From Mobula hypostoma (Eukaryota), in the NCBI RefSeq assembly GCF_963921235.1, contig NC_086108.1:97962001-98026000 (forward strand): DNA of 64,000 nucleotides, given 5' to 3'. The notes beneath the pieces are model-generated. The model saw only the letters and a list, made by a program, of their open reading frames with translations. It did no database searches and was not told the origin of the DNA. Below, one piece after another: positions 11,600 through 24,740 of the stretch. Numbering within the stretch: the stretch's first letter is position 1; the number at the start of each line of letters is the position of its first letter. The translations under genes and the position numbers were made by a program.

Positions 11600-12400
11600 T
11601 GCTTGAACTGAGTAGCATTTCCCAGGGCAGCTAAGAGTCACCAGGCTCTGTGTATCCAGCGTCACTTGTAGTTCAGACCAGGAAAAGATGAGAACCTTCT
11701 TTCCTTCCCTGGAGCACATTATCAAAGCAAGGTTACTATTTTCAACAAAAATCCAGTAATGTCATGTCCTCTTAAAATAATACATAAAAATATATTTGTA
11801 ACTTTTTTATTCTTTGTGTCTTTGAGTGGTGGAGTGGAGATACGTCTCTACCAAAGGAGATGTAAGGCACCCCTTCTCTCTGCTAGCCTGCAGTTCACCC
11901 TTGGGCAAGGCATAGCATCTCCTTAGCTCCTCTGACCAGGGTCACCTGAAGCCATGGGAGCAGGTGGTGGATGGTTAAGGGAGGTTCTTAGCCTTCAGTG
12001 AGATCTTTAGGGCAAGTGATCGCCATCAGAGGGTGTGGAGTAAGATACTTAGGACCGAGATCTCACACTTCAAGGATAGTGAATCTGTTATATTCTCCAT
12101 GAGAGACCAAGTCACTCAGGAAGGCATCAAGGGGTATGGGGAGAAAGCAGAAATATACTACATATCAAGCCAAGGATCAGACATAATCATATCCTGTGCC
12201 AGAACAGGCTCAAAGAGCTAAATAGCTGAATCTTGCCTCTACTTTTGATGTTCCTATGACACCAAATTTTTATTCCAGATTTATTTAATAACCTGAAATC
12301 ATGTTATGGAAGTCAATCTCAAGGCTCTCTGTCAATAGTTCAGAAGTCTCCATTCATAAACTGGTCTGTTCTGAGCTAACTCAGATATTGGTTACACTGC
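11600..12400 (-). mobile_element. Ancient Deu-domain (SacSINE1-like) SINE remnant split by younger insertions
   Basis: GGGCAGCTAAGAGTCA.. and ..TTCCTTCCCT.. (11620-11760), plus TTTTATTCCAGATTT.. (~12265), resemble the shark DeuSINE from memory. Highly diverged. Confidence 0.45.
11826..11975 (+). mobile_element. RTE/BovB-related short element, 5' part (copy 2)
   Basis: Aligns by eye with 17709-17850 and the reverse complement of 59290-59434. Confidence 0.7.
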
Positions 12401-12654
12401 TTCCTACCATGCTGAGAAGGAGAACCTGGTGGAACATGACCTTTTGTCCATGATCTATTTGACGTGATCTGTCACCAATCATAACTGCAGATGCAGAAGT
12501 ACTATGATAGTGCCTTTACTGTTCATTAACATAAAACATTAAATTTGCTTCTCTCTGCAAATGCTGTCAGACCTGTAGAGTGTTTCCTGTATTGTCTCTT
12601 TTTATTCAATAGTGTCCTCCAGGGGAGGAGGTTTTGCATCTTTACCTGGTGTGA

Positions 12655-12930
12655 CCACAGTAACGTAGTGGTTAGCACAACGCAATTACAGCTCGAGGCC
12701 TCAGAGTTCAGAGTTCAATTCCTACCTCATCGGCAAGGAGTCTGTACCTCCTCCCTGTGAAATGCATGGGTTTCCTCCCACAGTCCAAAGACGTACTGGT
12801 TAGTAGGTTAATTGCTGATTATATATTGTCCTGTGATTAGGCTAGGGTTAATCCTGGGGTTGCTAGGTGGTGTGGCTTGTCAGACTGGAAGGGCCTATTC
12901 CACGCCATGTCTCAATAAATAAATAAATTT
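12655..12930 (+). mobile_element. tRNA-derived V-SINE (HE1-like)
   Basis: A-box TAACGTAGTGG, B-box GTTCAATTCC, GGGTTTCCTCCCACAGTCCAAAGAC and a (TAAA)n tail. Confidence 0.75.
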
Positions 12931-13019
12931 CAGATTTACAGCATTCACACTTTTCTTGATTTCCATTGTCTTTGACCAAGGTTCAATTCCGCCACTGTCT
13001 GTAAGGAGCTTGTACGTTC

Positions 13020-15130
13020 TCCCCATGTGCGTTACCAATCAGCTAAATGCTCTAACCATGCAGGTAACTTTGCTGTAATACCATGGGCTCTTAACTTGGT
13101 AAGCAACCTCACGTGTAGCACCTTGTCAAAAGCCTTCTGAAATCCAAATATACAACATCCACAACATCCCCTTTCACTATCCTACTTGTAACCCTAAGGT
13201 GCAGTTCATCTGGTCCAGGTGACTTATCTACCCTTAGGTCTTCCAGCTTTTTGAGCACCTTCTCCCTTGTAATAGTAACTGCAATTATTTCTCTTCCCTC
13301 ACACTCTTCAACATCTGGCACACTGCTAGTGTCTTCCACAGTGAAGACTGGTGCAAAATATTCATTTAGTTGATCTATCATCACCTTGTCCTCTGTTATT
13401 ATTTCTCCATCCTCATTTACTAGCAGTCCTATATCCACTCTCATCCCTCTTTTCTATTTTATATACTTGAAAAAGCTTTTTCTATCCACCTCGATATTGT
13501 TTGCCAGCTTGCTTTCATATTTCGTCTTTTCCATCCTAATGATTCTTGTAGTTGTTCTCTGTAGGCTTTCAAAAGCATCCCAATCCTCTACCTTCCTGCT
13601 AATTTTGGGGGGTTTTTTGCCCTCTCTTTTGCTTTGACATTAGCTTTGACTTCCCTTGTCAGCCATGGTTGTACTATTTTGCCATTTGAGTATTTCTTTG
13701 CTTTTGAAATACATCTATCTTGCACCTTCCTCATTTTTCCCAGAAATGCACGCCATTGCTGCTCTGCTGACATCCCTGCCAGCAGCTCCTTCCAATTTAC
13801 TTTGGCAACTCCTCTCTCATACCATTGAAATTTTCGTTACTCCAATGAAATACTGCTATGTCAGACTTTGCTTTCTCCCTGTTGAAATTCAAGTTGAACA
13901 CAATCATATTGTGATCGCTGGTTCCTAAGGGTTCCTTTACCTTAATCTCCCTCAGTTCATTACATAACATCCAGTGCAGTATAGCTGATCTCCTAGTAGG
14001 CTCAATGACGAACTGCTCTAAAAAGCCATCTCGTAGGCTTTCAACAAATTCACTCTCTTGTAATCCATTTCCAACCTGATTTTTCCAATCTACCTGCATG
14101 TTAAAATCTCTTATGAATATCATAACATTGCCCTTTTAGATTAGATTATGAGAACACTCAGTCCTCTTTTATTGTCATTTAGAAATGCATACATGCATTA
14201 AGAAATGATACAATGTTTCTCCGGAGTGATATCACAGAAAACAGGATAAACCAAAGACTAATACTGACAGAACCACATAATTATAACATATAGTTACAGC
14301 AGTGCAAAGCAATGCCATAATTTGATGAAGAACAGACCATGGGCACGGTAAAAAAAAGTCTCAAAGTCCTGAGACGATCGACTCCTGAGTCCCCGATAGC
14401 AGGCAGCAAAAGGGAGAAACTCCCTGCCATAAACCTCCAGGCACCGTCAATTTGCCGATACCTTGGAAGCAGCCGACACTGAGTCCATCCAGATGTCCCG
14501 TTCCTGTCCAAGGAATCTCCTGTCTGTTCCTCTGACTATTGAGTCCCTTATCATTACCGCTCTTTCCTTCTCTCTCTTTCCCTTCTGCACCATGGACCCA
14601 TGCTCTGTGCCAGTAACCTGGTCTCCCTGGCATCCCCCTGGGAGGTCATCCCCCACAATAGTATCCAAAACAGTGTGCTGATTATTGAGGGGAATGGCCT
14701 CAAGGGTGCTCTGTGCTAATTGCCTAATCACCATCCCATTCCTTCTCCTGACTGTCACCCAACCTCCTGCAACTTAGGGGTGTCTACTTCCCTGTAACTC
14801 CAATCGATGATCTCCTCACTCTCCTGTACAAGCCGAAGTTCATCCAGTTGCTGCTCCAGATCCCTAACACGGTCTTCAATGAGCTGCAGCCGGATGCACT
14901 TCACACAGATGTAGTTCCCTGGGAGACTCTGGGTCTCTCAGGCCTCAGATATCCAGCATGAAGAACACACAATGGCCATTTAAACTACACTAACTACCTC
15001 TGACACAGGAAGTAAAAAAGGAAGCTTAACAGAAACTTACCCAGACAAGCTACCCAGAGCCAAGCCTCTTCCGAGCCGAAGCCTCCTTTGAGCCAAAGCC
15101 TGACACTCCCACTCTCACCACAGGCCCACT
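13020..15130 (-). mobile_element. CR1 LINE relic with ORF1 and ORF2 pieces, internally deleted
   Basis: ORF1: CxxC/coiled-coil region (~14800-14970) and esterase-like RAVMIRDSIVRGTD. ORF2: endonuclease (DFN..DW..LGTSDHNMI), KSPGPDELH and VDVVYLDF. Confidence 0.9.
14137..14490 (-). mobile_element. Short non-coding element nested in CR1 (same family as 38860-39495)
   Basis: Shares TAGATTATGAG..CAGTCCTCTTTTATTGTCATTTAG.. and the following ~250 bp with 38860-39150. Confidence 0.75.
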
Positions 15131-15624
15131 CCCAACAATGGCCACTCCGCTTGTCCCTTCTGTACTTTTATTTACTCCTCGCCGTGCTGGTCCCGCTACT
15201 GACTGGGCCACCAGAATGACACCAAATGCCCGCGAAGCTCTCCTTTTAAATGAGCACCTCTGACCTGCAAGAAGCCTCCTCACTGTGCACTGCTCCCGCC
15301 ACCAGTGGGGCTGCTGGAATTTGCCTTCCTCACCAAAGACTAAACCTGCAAATTAACCTTTAGGGAGTCCTGCATGAGAACTCCCAAGTCCCTTTACACT
15401 GCAGGTTTTTTAGTTTTCTCTCCATTTAGAAAACAGCGTATCTTTATTTCCTCTAGAAAAGTGCATGGCCATACACTTCCCAACACTGTATCTTCTGACT
15501 GTGTTGGCTTTGACACAAATAATGCATTTCCCTGTATGTTGCAATATTTTAATGTACTCGTGACAAATAAAACCAACCTTTCTAATCTTAATCTTTTACC
15601 TTCTGTATGAGATAAAAATTAAAG

Positions 15625-15910
15625 ATTCGTTTTATTTGTCACATGTAATTGAGAAATACAGTGAAATGCATCATTTGCGTCAAATCAAATCAGTGAGGAT
15701 TGGTCTGGGGGCAGCCCACAAATGTCACCGCGCTTCCGGCGATATCATAGCACGCCCACAACTCACGTACCTGAACCGCGTGTCTCTGGAATTTGGGAGG
15801 AAACTGAAGCACTCAGAGGAAGCACACACAGTCACGAGGAGAACATAGAGACTCTTTATATACAGCAACGGGAATCAAACCCCAATCTTACCGCTATGCT
15901 ACTGATCCAT
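15625..15910 (-). mobile_element. tRNA-derived SINE
   Basis: Reverse complement of the V-domain (GGGAGGAAACTGAAGCAC..) and of the B-box (GGGAATCAAACCC). Confidence 0.65.
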
Positions 15911-15963
15911 GTAACTTAAGCTGCCCAAAGCTAATGTAAGAACGAATGTGTGATTGCATTCTG

Positions 15964-16492
15964 TACACCAAGTGGCCACTTGCTCATAAATGCAAATATC
16001 TAATCAGCTAATCATGTGGCAGCAACTCAGTGCATAAAAGCATGCGGACATGGTCAAGAGGTTCAGTTGTTGCTCAGACCAAACATCAGAATGGGGAAGA
16101 AATGTGATCTAAGTGACTTTGACCATAGAACGATTGTTGGTGCCAGACAGGGTGGTTTGAGTATCTCAGAAACTACTGATTTTCATGCATAACACTCTCT
16201 AGAATTTATAGAGAATTGTGCGAAAAACAAAAAACATCCAGTGAGCAGCAGTTCTGTTGTCAAAGATACTGTGTTAATGAAAGATGTCAGAGGAGAATGG
16301 CCAGACTACTTGAAACTGACAAGAAGGTGACAAATAAACAGGTGTTACAACAGTGGTGTGCAGAAGAACATCTCGGAATGCACAACACATCGAACCTTGA
16401 AGTGGATGGGCTACAGCAGCAGAAGACCGTGAAGATACACTAAGTGGCCCCTTTATTAGATACAGGAGCTAGCTAATATAGTGGCCACTGTG
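15964..16492 (+). mobile_element. Non-autonomous Tc1 derivative (..AGTGGCCACT.. ends)
   Basis: Transposase N-terminus MGKKCDLSDFDH..IVGARQGGLSISET with inverted AGTGGCCACT-type ends. Further copies at 24177, 51022 and 51570. Confidence 0.85.
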
Positions 16493-17708
16493 TGTTCTCC
16501 CAGCGAGATGTGACAGACAAGGCGGAATCGGGCCTTATGAGTTTTCAACCCTTGACAGCTCTGTGCTTCGGTTTTTTACCAGCTTATTGTTTTTTTCCCT
16601 CCATGCTCGCTGTGTTTAATGTTTACCTAGCTGTTAACTGCTAACATTTGGAGGTCTAGTTCACATCATTTTTAAGAATCTTAGACTGTCATATTTTCCT
16701 TACGTACCATTGCAAATCCTTCCAGAGCGTTCCTTTAGTTGGAGATTTGTGCAATTATGCCCTGCCCTTCTTCAGAGGAATACTATCCCTTAAACTCTGC
16801 AGCTCCCTTTGGCTGTTATCTTTAATTCAAACAGAAAAAAAAAATACATCCAAAGACCAATTCTTTGTGGCAAAGCTGAATTTGTGGATGAAGTCCTTTA
16901 TCTTCCTTTCTCCTTCAGGGCTTCAGCTGTAGTGGAGAGAGCTGAGATTTCAGAGGTCTTCTGAAGAACAGCAGTCCCTTTGGAGAACATGTAACGGGTC
17001 ACTCAGCTGGACCTCAAGTGAGTTCCCGGCACTTTCATTTAATTATCCTTCCTGTGTCTTTTACAGGCTCTCCTCGTGTAATTGTATCCTGCACTGGCTT
17101 CTGTTCTCTGTCGGCATGTATTACAAAGATTATAGGCCGAGATAATGTAAGCAAGCCATGCAGGCAGTAACCAAGATGACAGGCACTGCTTAACAGGATG
17201 TCAGAGAGGTAGGGCTGAGGGCAGGTGGGGATCAGGAGGTACTGGAGCGTGGGGGCCCTGGTGGCAAGTTCAAGGCCATATGAGCAACTCAAGTCATAGG
17301 GTGGGGGCCAGTGCTGATCAGGATCAGCAGAATCAAGGCACTGGGCAAGATAAGGGGTGGAGGAGTGGTTTGTTAGTTAGAGTCATAGAGTACTACAACA
17401 CAGAAACAGGCTCTTTGGCCCATCTAGTCTGTGCTGAACTATCATTCTGCCTAGTCCTATCGACCTACACTTTGACCATAGCCCTCCATGCCCCTCCCAT
17501 CCATGTTGTTATCCAAACTTCTTTTAAATATTGAAATCCACCACTTCTGCTGGCAACTCATTCCACACTCTCACTATCCCCTGAGTGAAGTTCCCCCTCA
17601 TTTTGCCCTTAAAAATTACACCTTTTACCCCTAACCCATGATCTCTAGCTGGCATCTCTCACAACCACAGTGAAAAAAGTCCACTTGCATTTACCCTATC
17701 CATACCCC

Positions 17709-18020
17709 TGGTGGGGTGGGGATGTCTCTGTCAAAGGAGAAGTAAGGCATTCCTTCCCTCTGCTAGTCCGCAGGTCACCCTTGGGCAGGGTGTAGTACTG
17801 CTTGGTCCCACACCCCCCACCCTGATTAGTGTCACGTGAAGCCATGATGGTCGTATGAGTAGCTGGTGCACATCACAAGCCCTGGTTATGTGACCCCCTG
17901 ATGCCAGGCAGACAATTTCTGAAGAGTATGGATAATGGCTGGGGTCACCCGTCTTATAAAGACACTGCCCAGAAGAAACACCATGATCGCACACGTCATA
18001 CAACACAGCACATAACGAAC
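17709..18020 (+). mobile_element. RTE/BovB-related short element (copy 3), inserted in a CR1 3' end (17380-18095, minus)
   Basis: Same consensus as copies 1, 2 and 4. CR1 sequence resumes on both sides. Confidence 0.72.
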
Positions 18021-18426
18021 AAGTGATATGCCTAATAATTTTATATATTCCCCTCGTTTTCCTATGCTCCAGGGAATATAGTCTTAACCTATTCAAAAGA
18101 TATGCCATAAAAACAGGTTTGGCCCTGTAGTGACCCTGGGGATTCATCTGCAATCACCCAAATCCTTTCAACATGGGGAACAGCATCAAATGAAATGATG
18201 TCAGATGCATAAACATAAGTCATGCTGGGAAATGGTGAGTCAAGTTTCCAAAATGATGTAACGATACAGTTACAGGTGAAAAAGTTGTGAGAAGGCTCCA
18301 ACAAGTCTACAAAAAGATATAGATAGTTCTAAAAGTCATAGGTTAAGGATGAAAGAAAAATGGATTTAAGGGAAATCTGAGGGGGAACTTCTTCACTCAG
18401 AGGGTGGCAAGAACGTGGAACAAGCT

Positions 18427-18845
18427 AACTCACAACACGCTGGAGGGACTCAGCAGGTCGGGTAGCATCCGTGGAAATGATCAGTCGACGTCTTGGGCCG
18501 GAACCCTTCGCCAGGACTGAAGAGGGAGGGGGCAGGGGCCCTATAAAGAAGGTGGGGGGAGGGTGGGAAGGTGAAGGCTGGTAGGTACCAGGTGAAAAAC
18601 CAGTAAGGAGGAAGATAAAGGGACGGGGGAGGGGAAGCAGGGAGGTGATAGGCAGGAAAGGTGAAGAAGGAATAGGGGAAAACACAATGGGTAGTAGAAG
18701 GAGGCGGAATCATGAGGGAGATGATAGGCAGCTGGAGGACGGGGCAGAGTGAAACTGGGATAGGGGAAGGGAGGGGGAGGGAATTACCGGAAGCTGGAGA
18801 ATTCAATATTCATACCAAGGGGCTGGAGACTACCCAGACGGAAAA
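18427..18845 (-). mobile_element. Penelope-like element 3' fragment nested in a CR1 3' end
   Basis: FRLGSLQPLGMNIEFSSFR* GIY-YIG C-terminus, pyrimidine-rich tail and a degenerate hammerhead at ~18483-18518. Confidence 0.88.
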
Positions 18846-19299
18846 GCTGCCAGAGGAAGAGGTGGATGCCACTTTGATTGCAACATTTAAGTGAAGTTTG
18901 GGTAAGTACTGTACATGGATGGGAGGGGCATGAAGGGCTATGGTCAATGTACGTCAATGGGACTAGGCAGAATAATAGTTCATCATGGACTAGGTGAGCC
19001 AAAGGGCTCCATTTTGAGCTCTATGACTTTATGAGTCTATAGGTGAAACTAGTAGGTGAAAAGATAGCAGGTGAATAAATGTGAGCTGGTCCATTTCAGG
19101 TATGCATCTGAGATCATGCAGCTACAGGAAGTAATTAGGGATGCAAACTAAATATTAGGCACACACACAAAAGTGCTGGAGGAACTCAACAGGTCAGGCA
19201 GCATCTACAGAGGAGAATGAACAGTCAACATTCTGGGCCACGACCCTTCATCAGGGCTGGAAAGAAAGGGGCAGAAACCAGAATAAGAAGACAGGTGAT

Positions 19300-20522
19300 A
19301 GAATTGAATTGAATGATCTTTATTGTCATTATACATAGGTACAATGAAACTCTGTTTGGCTTCCTCTCAGGCAATAAAATAAAGCAGTAGATAAAAACAA
19401 GACAGTAATAGAAAAACAGTACTAAATAGATAAGTAATAGAAAATAAGTTGCAGCAGCACCAGAGTTAAGCACAAAGTGCCGTTAGTGCAAGTATTTGAG
19501 TCCTTGTGTGTGGATGTGTGTGCTCACAGTTTCAGTCATTGTTTTGTGGGAGTGGTGTGATGGAGGCCACAGCTCTGGGATAGAAGCTGTTCCTCAGTGT
19601 ATTTGTTCTGGTTTTTAGTGTCCTGAACCTTTTGCTGGACGGCAGCGGGTCAAACAGGGAGTGGCCGGGGTGTGTGGAGTCTCTGGTTATGCTGATTGCT
19701 TTCCTCCTGAGTCTGCTGGAACAGACAGTGTCCAGTCCTGGGAGCTCCATCCTGACAATTCGCTGGGCCGCCTTCACCAGCGATGCAGGTCTTGTCGCTC
19801 AGCGGCTGTGCAGCTGGCATACCACACTGTGGTGCTGTTGGTCAGGGTGGTTTCAATTGTGCTTCTGTAGAAGTTAAGCAACAGCTTTTGTGGGAGTTTG
19901 GCCTGTTTCAGCTTTCTGAGGAAGAAGAGTCTTTGTTGTGCCTTTTTTACAAGCAATGAGGTGTTGGTGGTCCAGGTCAGCTGTTTTGACAACATAACTC
20001 CAAGGAACTTTAGGATCCACACTTTCCACTACCTCTCCACGTACAAACGTTTGTATATGGGGGGGGGCGGGTGTACTCCCCCCTTTGATCTCCTGAAGTC
20101 AATGATCATCTCTTTTGTTTTAGAAGTGCTAAGGACCAGGTCGTTGTCCTCACACCACTCCGTCAGGGGATCCACCTCAAGCCTGTAGGCTGTTTCATCC
20201 TCGCCCGAGATCAGGCCAACCACAGTGGTACCGTCCACAAATTTAATTATGGAGTTGGAGGTGTAGATGGGGGTGCAGTCCTGTGTGAAGAGGATGTAAA
20301 GCATAGGGCTCAACATACAGCTCTATGGGGTGCTTATTTTTAAGATGAGGGTGGTGGATTTGTGCTGACTAATTCTGACTTGCTGTGGTCGGTCTGTGAG
20401 AAAGTCCATGACCCATGAGCACGGGGAGGAACCAAGGCCAAGAGTGTTCAGTTTGCTGACCGGTTTATGGGGGGTGACTGTGTTAAATGCAGAACTGAAG
20501 TCCACAAATAACATCCTCACCT
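19300..20522 (-). mobile_element. Rex1/Babar LINE 3' portion (RT), inserted in a Penelope fragment (19160-19300, 20550-20800)
   Basis: RMLFVDFSSAFNTV, LSPMLYILFTQDC..IIKFVD.TTVVGLIS, KAQQRLFFLRKL and HPGHSLFDPLPS. (ATTCA)n tail. Confidence 0.93.
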
Positions 20523-21136
20523 AAGTGTTCGGTTCCTCTAAGTTCCTCTAGGTGTGATCAGGTGAAGGGGAAGGTTGGTGGGTGGGGCAAGAAGCTGAGA
20601 GGTGGCAGGTGGAAGAGGAAAAGGACTGAAGGGGAGGGGAGGAGAAGAGGAGGAGTGAAAGGGCCACCAGAATGAGGGAAACAAAAGGGGGATAGTGAAA
20701 GGAGGGGAATGTTACTGGAAGTTAGAGATATCAATGTTCATACCATCAAACAGAATATAAGGTGTTGCATCGCCAACCTGCGATTGGGCTCTTCTCTTGG
20801 AAAGTACATGGAGCACAAAAGTCTGGAAGTAAGTGTACAAGGTTCTGAAGAGACTACTCCTAAAGTGCTGTGTACAGATTTGGTCTCTTTGTTATTGAGG
20901 GGTTAGTCACAACGTCGGCAGTTCAAGTAATGTTTGCTAACTTTATTCTCCAAATGATGGGATTGAGTGCAAGGTTGGGTGTGTTGAGATGATACTCGTT
21001 CAGAGTTTCAAAGAATGAGTGCTCATTTTATAAAAACATAAGATTTTGCAAGAAGGAGGGCTTAAATATGTAGGTGCTGATGAAATTGTGGAATATAAAC
21101 TGTAAAATTCATGTTAATTTAATTTTTGTTTACCTA

Positions 21137-21552
21137 CAGTACTATGCAAAAGTCTTAGGCACATGTAAAATAATTCTGTAAAGTGAAGACGCTTTCAAAA
21201 ATAATGAAATGAAGTTTCTAAATATGAATAAATTACTATAAAGAGCAGTAAATGGTGAAAAACTAAATCAAATCAATATTTGGTGTGACTATTCCTTGCC
21301 TTTAAAACTGCATCAATTCTTGTAGGTACATTGTCATGCAGTTTTATAAGAAAATCGTCTGGCAGGTTGTTCCAAGCATCTTGCAAAACTTGCCAACAGT
21401 TCTACTGCAGACTTTGGTTGTCTCGTTTGCTTCTGTCTCACCAGGTAGTCCCAGGCATCTTCAATAATGATAAAATCAGGGCTCTGTGGATGCCATACCT
21501 TCTGGGACCATATAAAAAAATCTATGGTGTCTAAGAGTTTTGCACAGTTTTG
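21137..21552 (-). mobile_element. Non-autonomous Tc1 deletion derivative
   Basis: TA|CAGTACTATGCAAAAGTCTTAGGCAC ... GTGTCTAAGAGTTTTGCACAGTTTTG TIRs. Retains the WHPQSPDFIIIEDAWDYL transposase C-terminus. Confidence 0.88.
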
Positions 21553-21887
21553 TGTCTTTGTCATGCTTGTAGAGTTGGTGCGGCTGCTACAAAAAGCTAG
21601 CTTTCTTATGGTACTTATACCCTGTGTATGCCTATGACCACAATAAACTTGAACCTGAATACTTCCTCTCATGGGGGTATCCGGAATACAGAACAAAGTT
21701 TCAGAGTGAGGATTTGCCCATTTTGGATAGGGATGAGAGGAACTATCCTGTGAGCCTCCGAATTCTTACCCCAAGAAACTGCAGAGTTTTAATCATTGAG
21801 TGCATTCAAAATAAAGACCTCGGGTTTTGGTCTAGAGGGAACCAGAAGTTCCAGGAAGATGCCCAGCTACTAACTGGCTCTTGTAAC

Positions 21888-22180
21888 CACGGTGACGTAG
21901 TGGTTAGTGCAATGCTTTCCGAGTGCCAGGGTCACCAATGAGGGTTCAATTCCCGCTGCTGTCTGTAAGGAGTTTGTACGTTCTCCCCGTGACTGTGTGG
22001 GTTTCCTCCGGGTGCTCCGGTTTCCTCCCACAGTCTGAAGACATACCAGTTGGTAGGTAAATTGGTCATTGTAAATTGTCCCATGATTAGGTTGGTATTA
22101 GATTGTGGGATTAATGGGTGGTGTGGATCAAAGGGCCAGAAGGGCGTATTCAACGATGTATCTCCATAAAGTAAAAATAA
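21888..22180 (+). mobile_element. tRNA-derived V-SINE (HE1-like)
   Basis: A-box TGACGTAGTGG, B-box GGTTCAATTCC and the V-domain GGGTTTCCTCCGGGTGCTCCGGTTTCCTCCCACA. Confidence 0.85.
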
Positions 22181-23002
22181 ATCAAAAAGAAGCTATTCCT
22201 AAACTGTTGAGTGTGTTTCTTCAGGCACTTGTACCTCCTTCCTGATGGTAGCAATGAGGAGAGGACATGTCCTTGGTGGTGGAGCTTCTTAATGAAGGAT
22301 TTTGCCCTATCCTGATGCATCACCTTCCGAAGTTCCTCAATGATGGTGATGATCAGCTCAGACTATCATCTGTAGCATATTCAAAGGCTCTTCCAAGACC
22401 ACCTCTACACACATTGTTTAGGCTCAGAGAGCAGAAATCATAGAACACAATCCTTGAAGATTTATCAGCTTTAAAACAATGAATATTGTAACATCCTCCA
22501 TTGTGTATTTATTTAGAGATATGGCACAGTAATGGGCCCATGTGATCAATTAACCTACCAACACTGCAGGTCTTTGGAACGTGGGAGGAGACGAGAGCAT
22601 CGAGAGGAAATCCACGTGGTCTTAGGGAGACCGTACAAACTCATTACAGGTGACGGTGGGAATTGAATCCAGGTCACTGGTGCTATAATAGTATTACTGG
22701 AAATGCTACATCCATCATCATTGGGTACCTCTATTCAATCTCCTTTTCACCTTCTTTGTCCAAGGTATTTCATGTGCCTTGGGATATTAAGGCAAACCGA
22801 GTGATAGGAAGTGGGACATTTATATTTGAGCTACGTGGAACAATCCCGCTCCACACAAATCTTCGATGAACAAGAGTCTCTGATTCATATTAGAGAAAGG
22901 TAGTCCTGGCAAAATACATGACCGGCACCTCTACTTCCTCAGGAGGCTAAAGAAATTTAGCACGTCCCCTTTGACCCTCACCAATTCTGATCGACGCACC
23001 AT

Positions 23003-23665
23003 AATATCACAAATGACCTGACTTGGTCCAACCAAGCAGAGTCCATTGCCAAGAAGGCCCACCAGTGCCTTTATTTCCTGAGAAAGCTAAAGAAATTTGG
23101 CCTGTCCCCTAAAACCCTCACTAATTTTTATAGATGCACTGTAGAAAGCATTCTTCTAGGGTGCATCACAATGTGGTATGGAGTTGTCCTGTCCAAGACC
23201 GGAAGAAGCTGCAGAAGATTGTGAACACGGCGCAGCACATCACACAAACCAATCTTCCGTCCTTGGACTCACTTTGCACCGCACGCTGTCGGAGCAGTGC
23301 TGCCAGGATAATCAAGGACACGACCCACCCAGCCAACACACTTTTCGTCCCATTTCCCTCCGGGAGAAGGCTCAGGAGCTTGAAGACTCGTATGGCCAGA
23401 TTTGGGAACAGCATCTTTCCAACTGTGATAAGACTGCTGAAGGGATCCTGACCCGAATCTGGGCCGTACCCTCCAAATATCCGGACCTGCCTCTCGCTTT
23501 TTTTGCACTACCTTACTTTTCCTTTTATATTTTCTATTTATGAATTATGATTTAAATTTTATTATATTTACTATCGATTTATACTCCAGGGAGCACGAAG
23601 CGCAGAATCAAATATCGCTGTGATGATTGTACGCTCTAGTATCAATTGTTTGGCGACAATAAAAT
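23003..23665 (+). mobile_element. Rex1/Babar LINE 3' end, nested in an older Rex1-like copy (22910-24170)
   Basis: KAHQCLYFLRKLKKFGLS..DRKKLQKIVNTAQHI..IKDTTHPANTLFVPFPSGRRLRS, then an AATAAA tail. Confidence 0.9.
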
Positions 23666-24176
23666 AATATATAGTAAACATCCCATCCAGGTGTACCACT
23701 TGGCTTAGTATGGCAACTGCTGCTCCTGAAACCACATGAAAATGCAGAGATTGCGGACACAGCTCAGCTCATCATGGAAAACAGCCTCCCCTCCATGGGC
23801 TCTTCTATACTTCTCGCTGTCTTGGTAAGGCAGCCAGCATCCTCACCCAGGACTTTCCCTCTCCTTACCCCCCTCCCTTCAGGCAGAAAGTGCTAAGTCG
23901 GATAGCGTGCACCACCAACCTCAAGGTCAGCTTTTATCCTGCTGTTCCCGAGCTATTCTACGGTCTCCTGGTTTGATAAAAATGGACTCCTGAGCCAATA
24001 ATCCACATTTTTTATGGAGTTGAGCCTTATTGTCTGGCCGCACTGCACTTTCTTGTTAACTGTATCATGTCATTTTGCTGTCTTGTATTGTTTTGCCTTA
24101 GCGTGATGAAATTATCTGTGTGGACAGTGTGTACAGCAAAGTTTTTCACTGTACTTCAGTACATATGGCCATAATA

Positions 24177-24740
24177 CACTACACTTGGTGCTCACTTCAC
24201 CAGGTGGAGGAGATAGTTAATAAAGTGGCCATTGATTGTATGTTCATGGTCTTCCACTGCTGGGGCCCATCCACCTCAAGGTTCGATGTGTTGTGGGTTC
24301 AGAGATGCCCTTCTGCACACCACTGTTGCAAGGTATTGTTATTTGAGTTACTGTCACCTTCCTGTCAGCTTGAACCAGTCTGGCCATTCTCCTCTGACCT
24401 CCTTCATTAACAAGGCATTTTCACCCACAGAACTGCTGCTCACAGGTTGTTGTTTTTTTTTCACACCATTCCCCGTAAACTCTAGGCACTGTTGTGCATG
24501 AAAATCCAAAAGGATGTGAGCAGTTTCCAAGATACTCAGACTGTCCTCTCTGGTACCAAGGATCATTCCATAGTCAAAGTCACACAGATCACTTCTTTCC
24601 CCATTCTGATATTTGGTCTGAGCAACAACTGAACCTCTTGACTATGTCTGCAAGCTTTTTTGCATTGAATGGCTGCCAGATGCTCTTTGCATTAAAGAGC
24701 AGGTGTACAGGTGTACCTAATAAAGTGGCCACTCACTGTA
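24177..24740 (-). mobile_element. Non-autonomous Tc1 derivative (same family as 15964)
   Basis: Reverse complement of 15964-16492. Ends TAATAAAGTGGCCACT. Confidence 0.85.
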
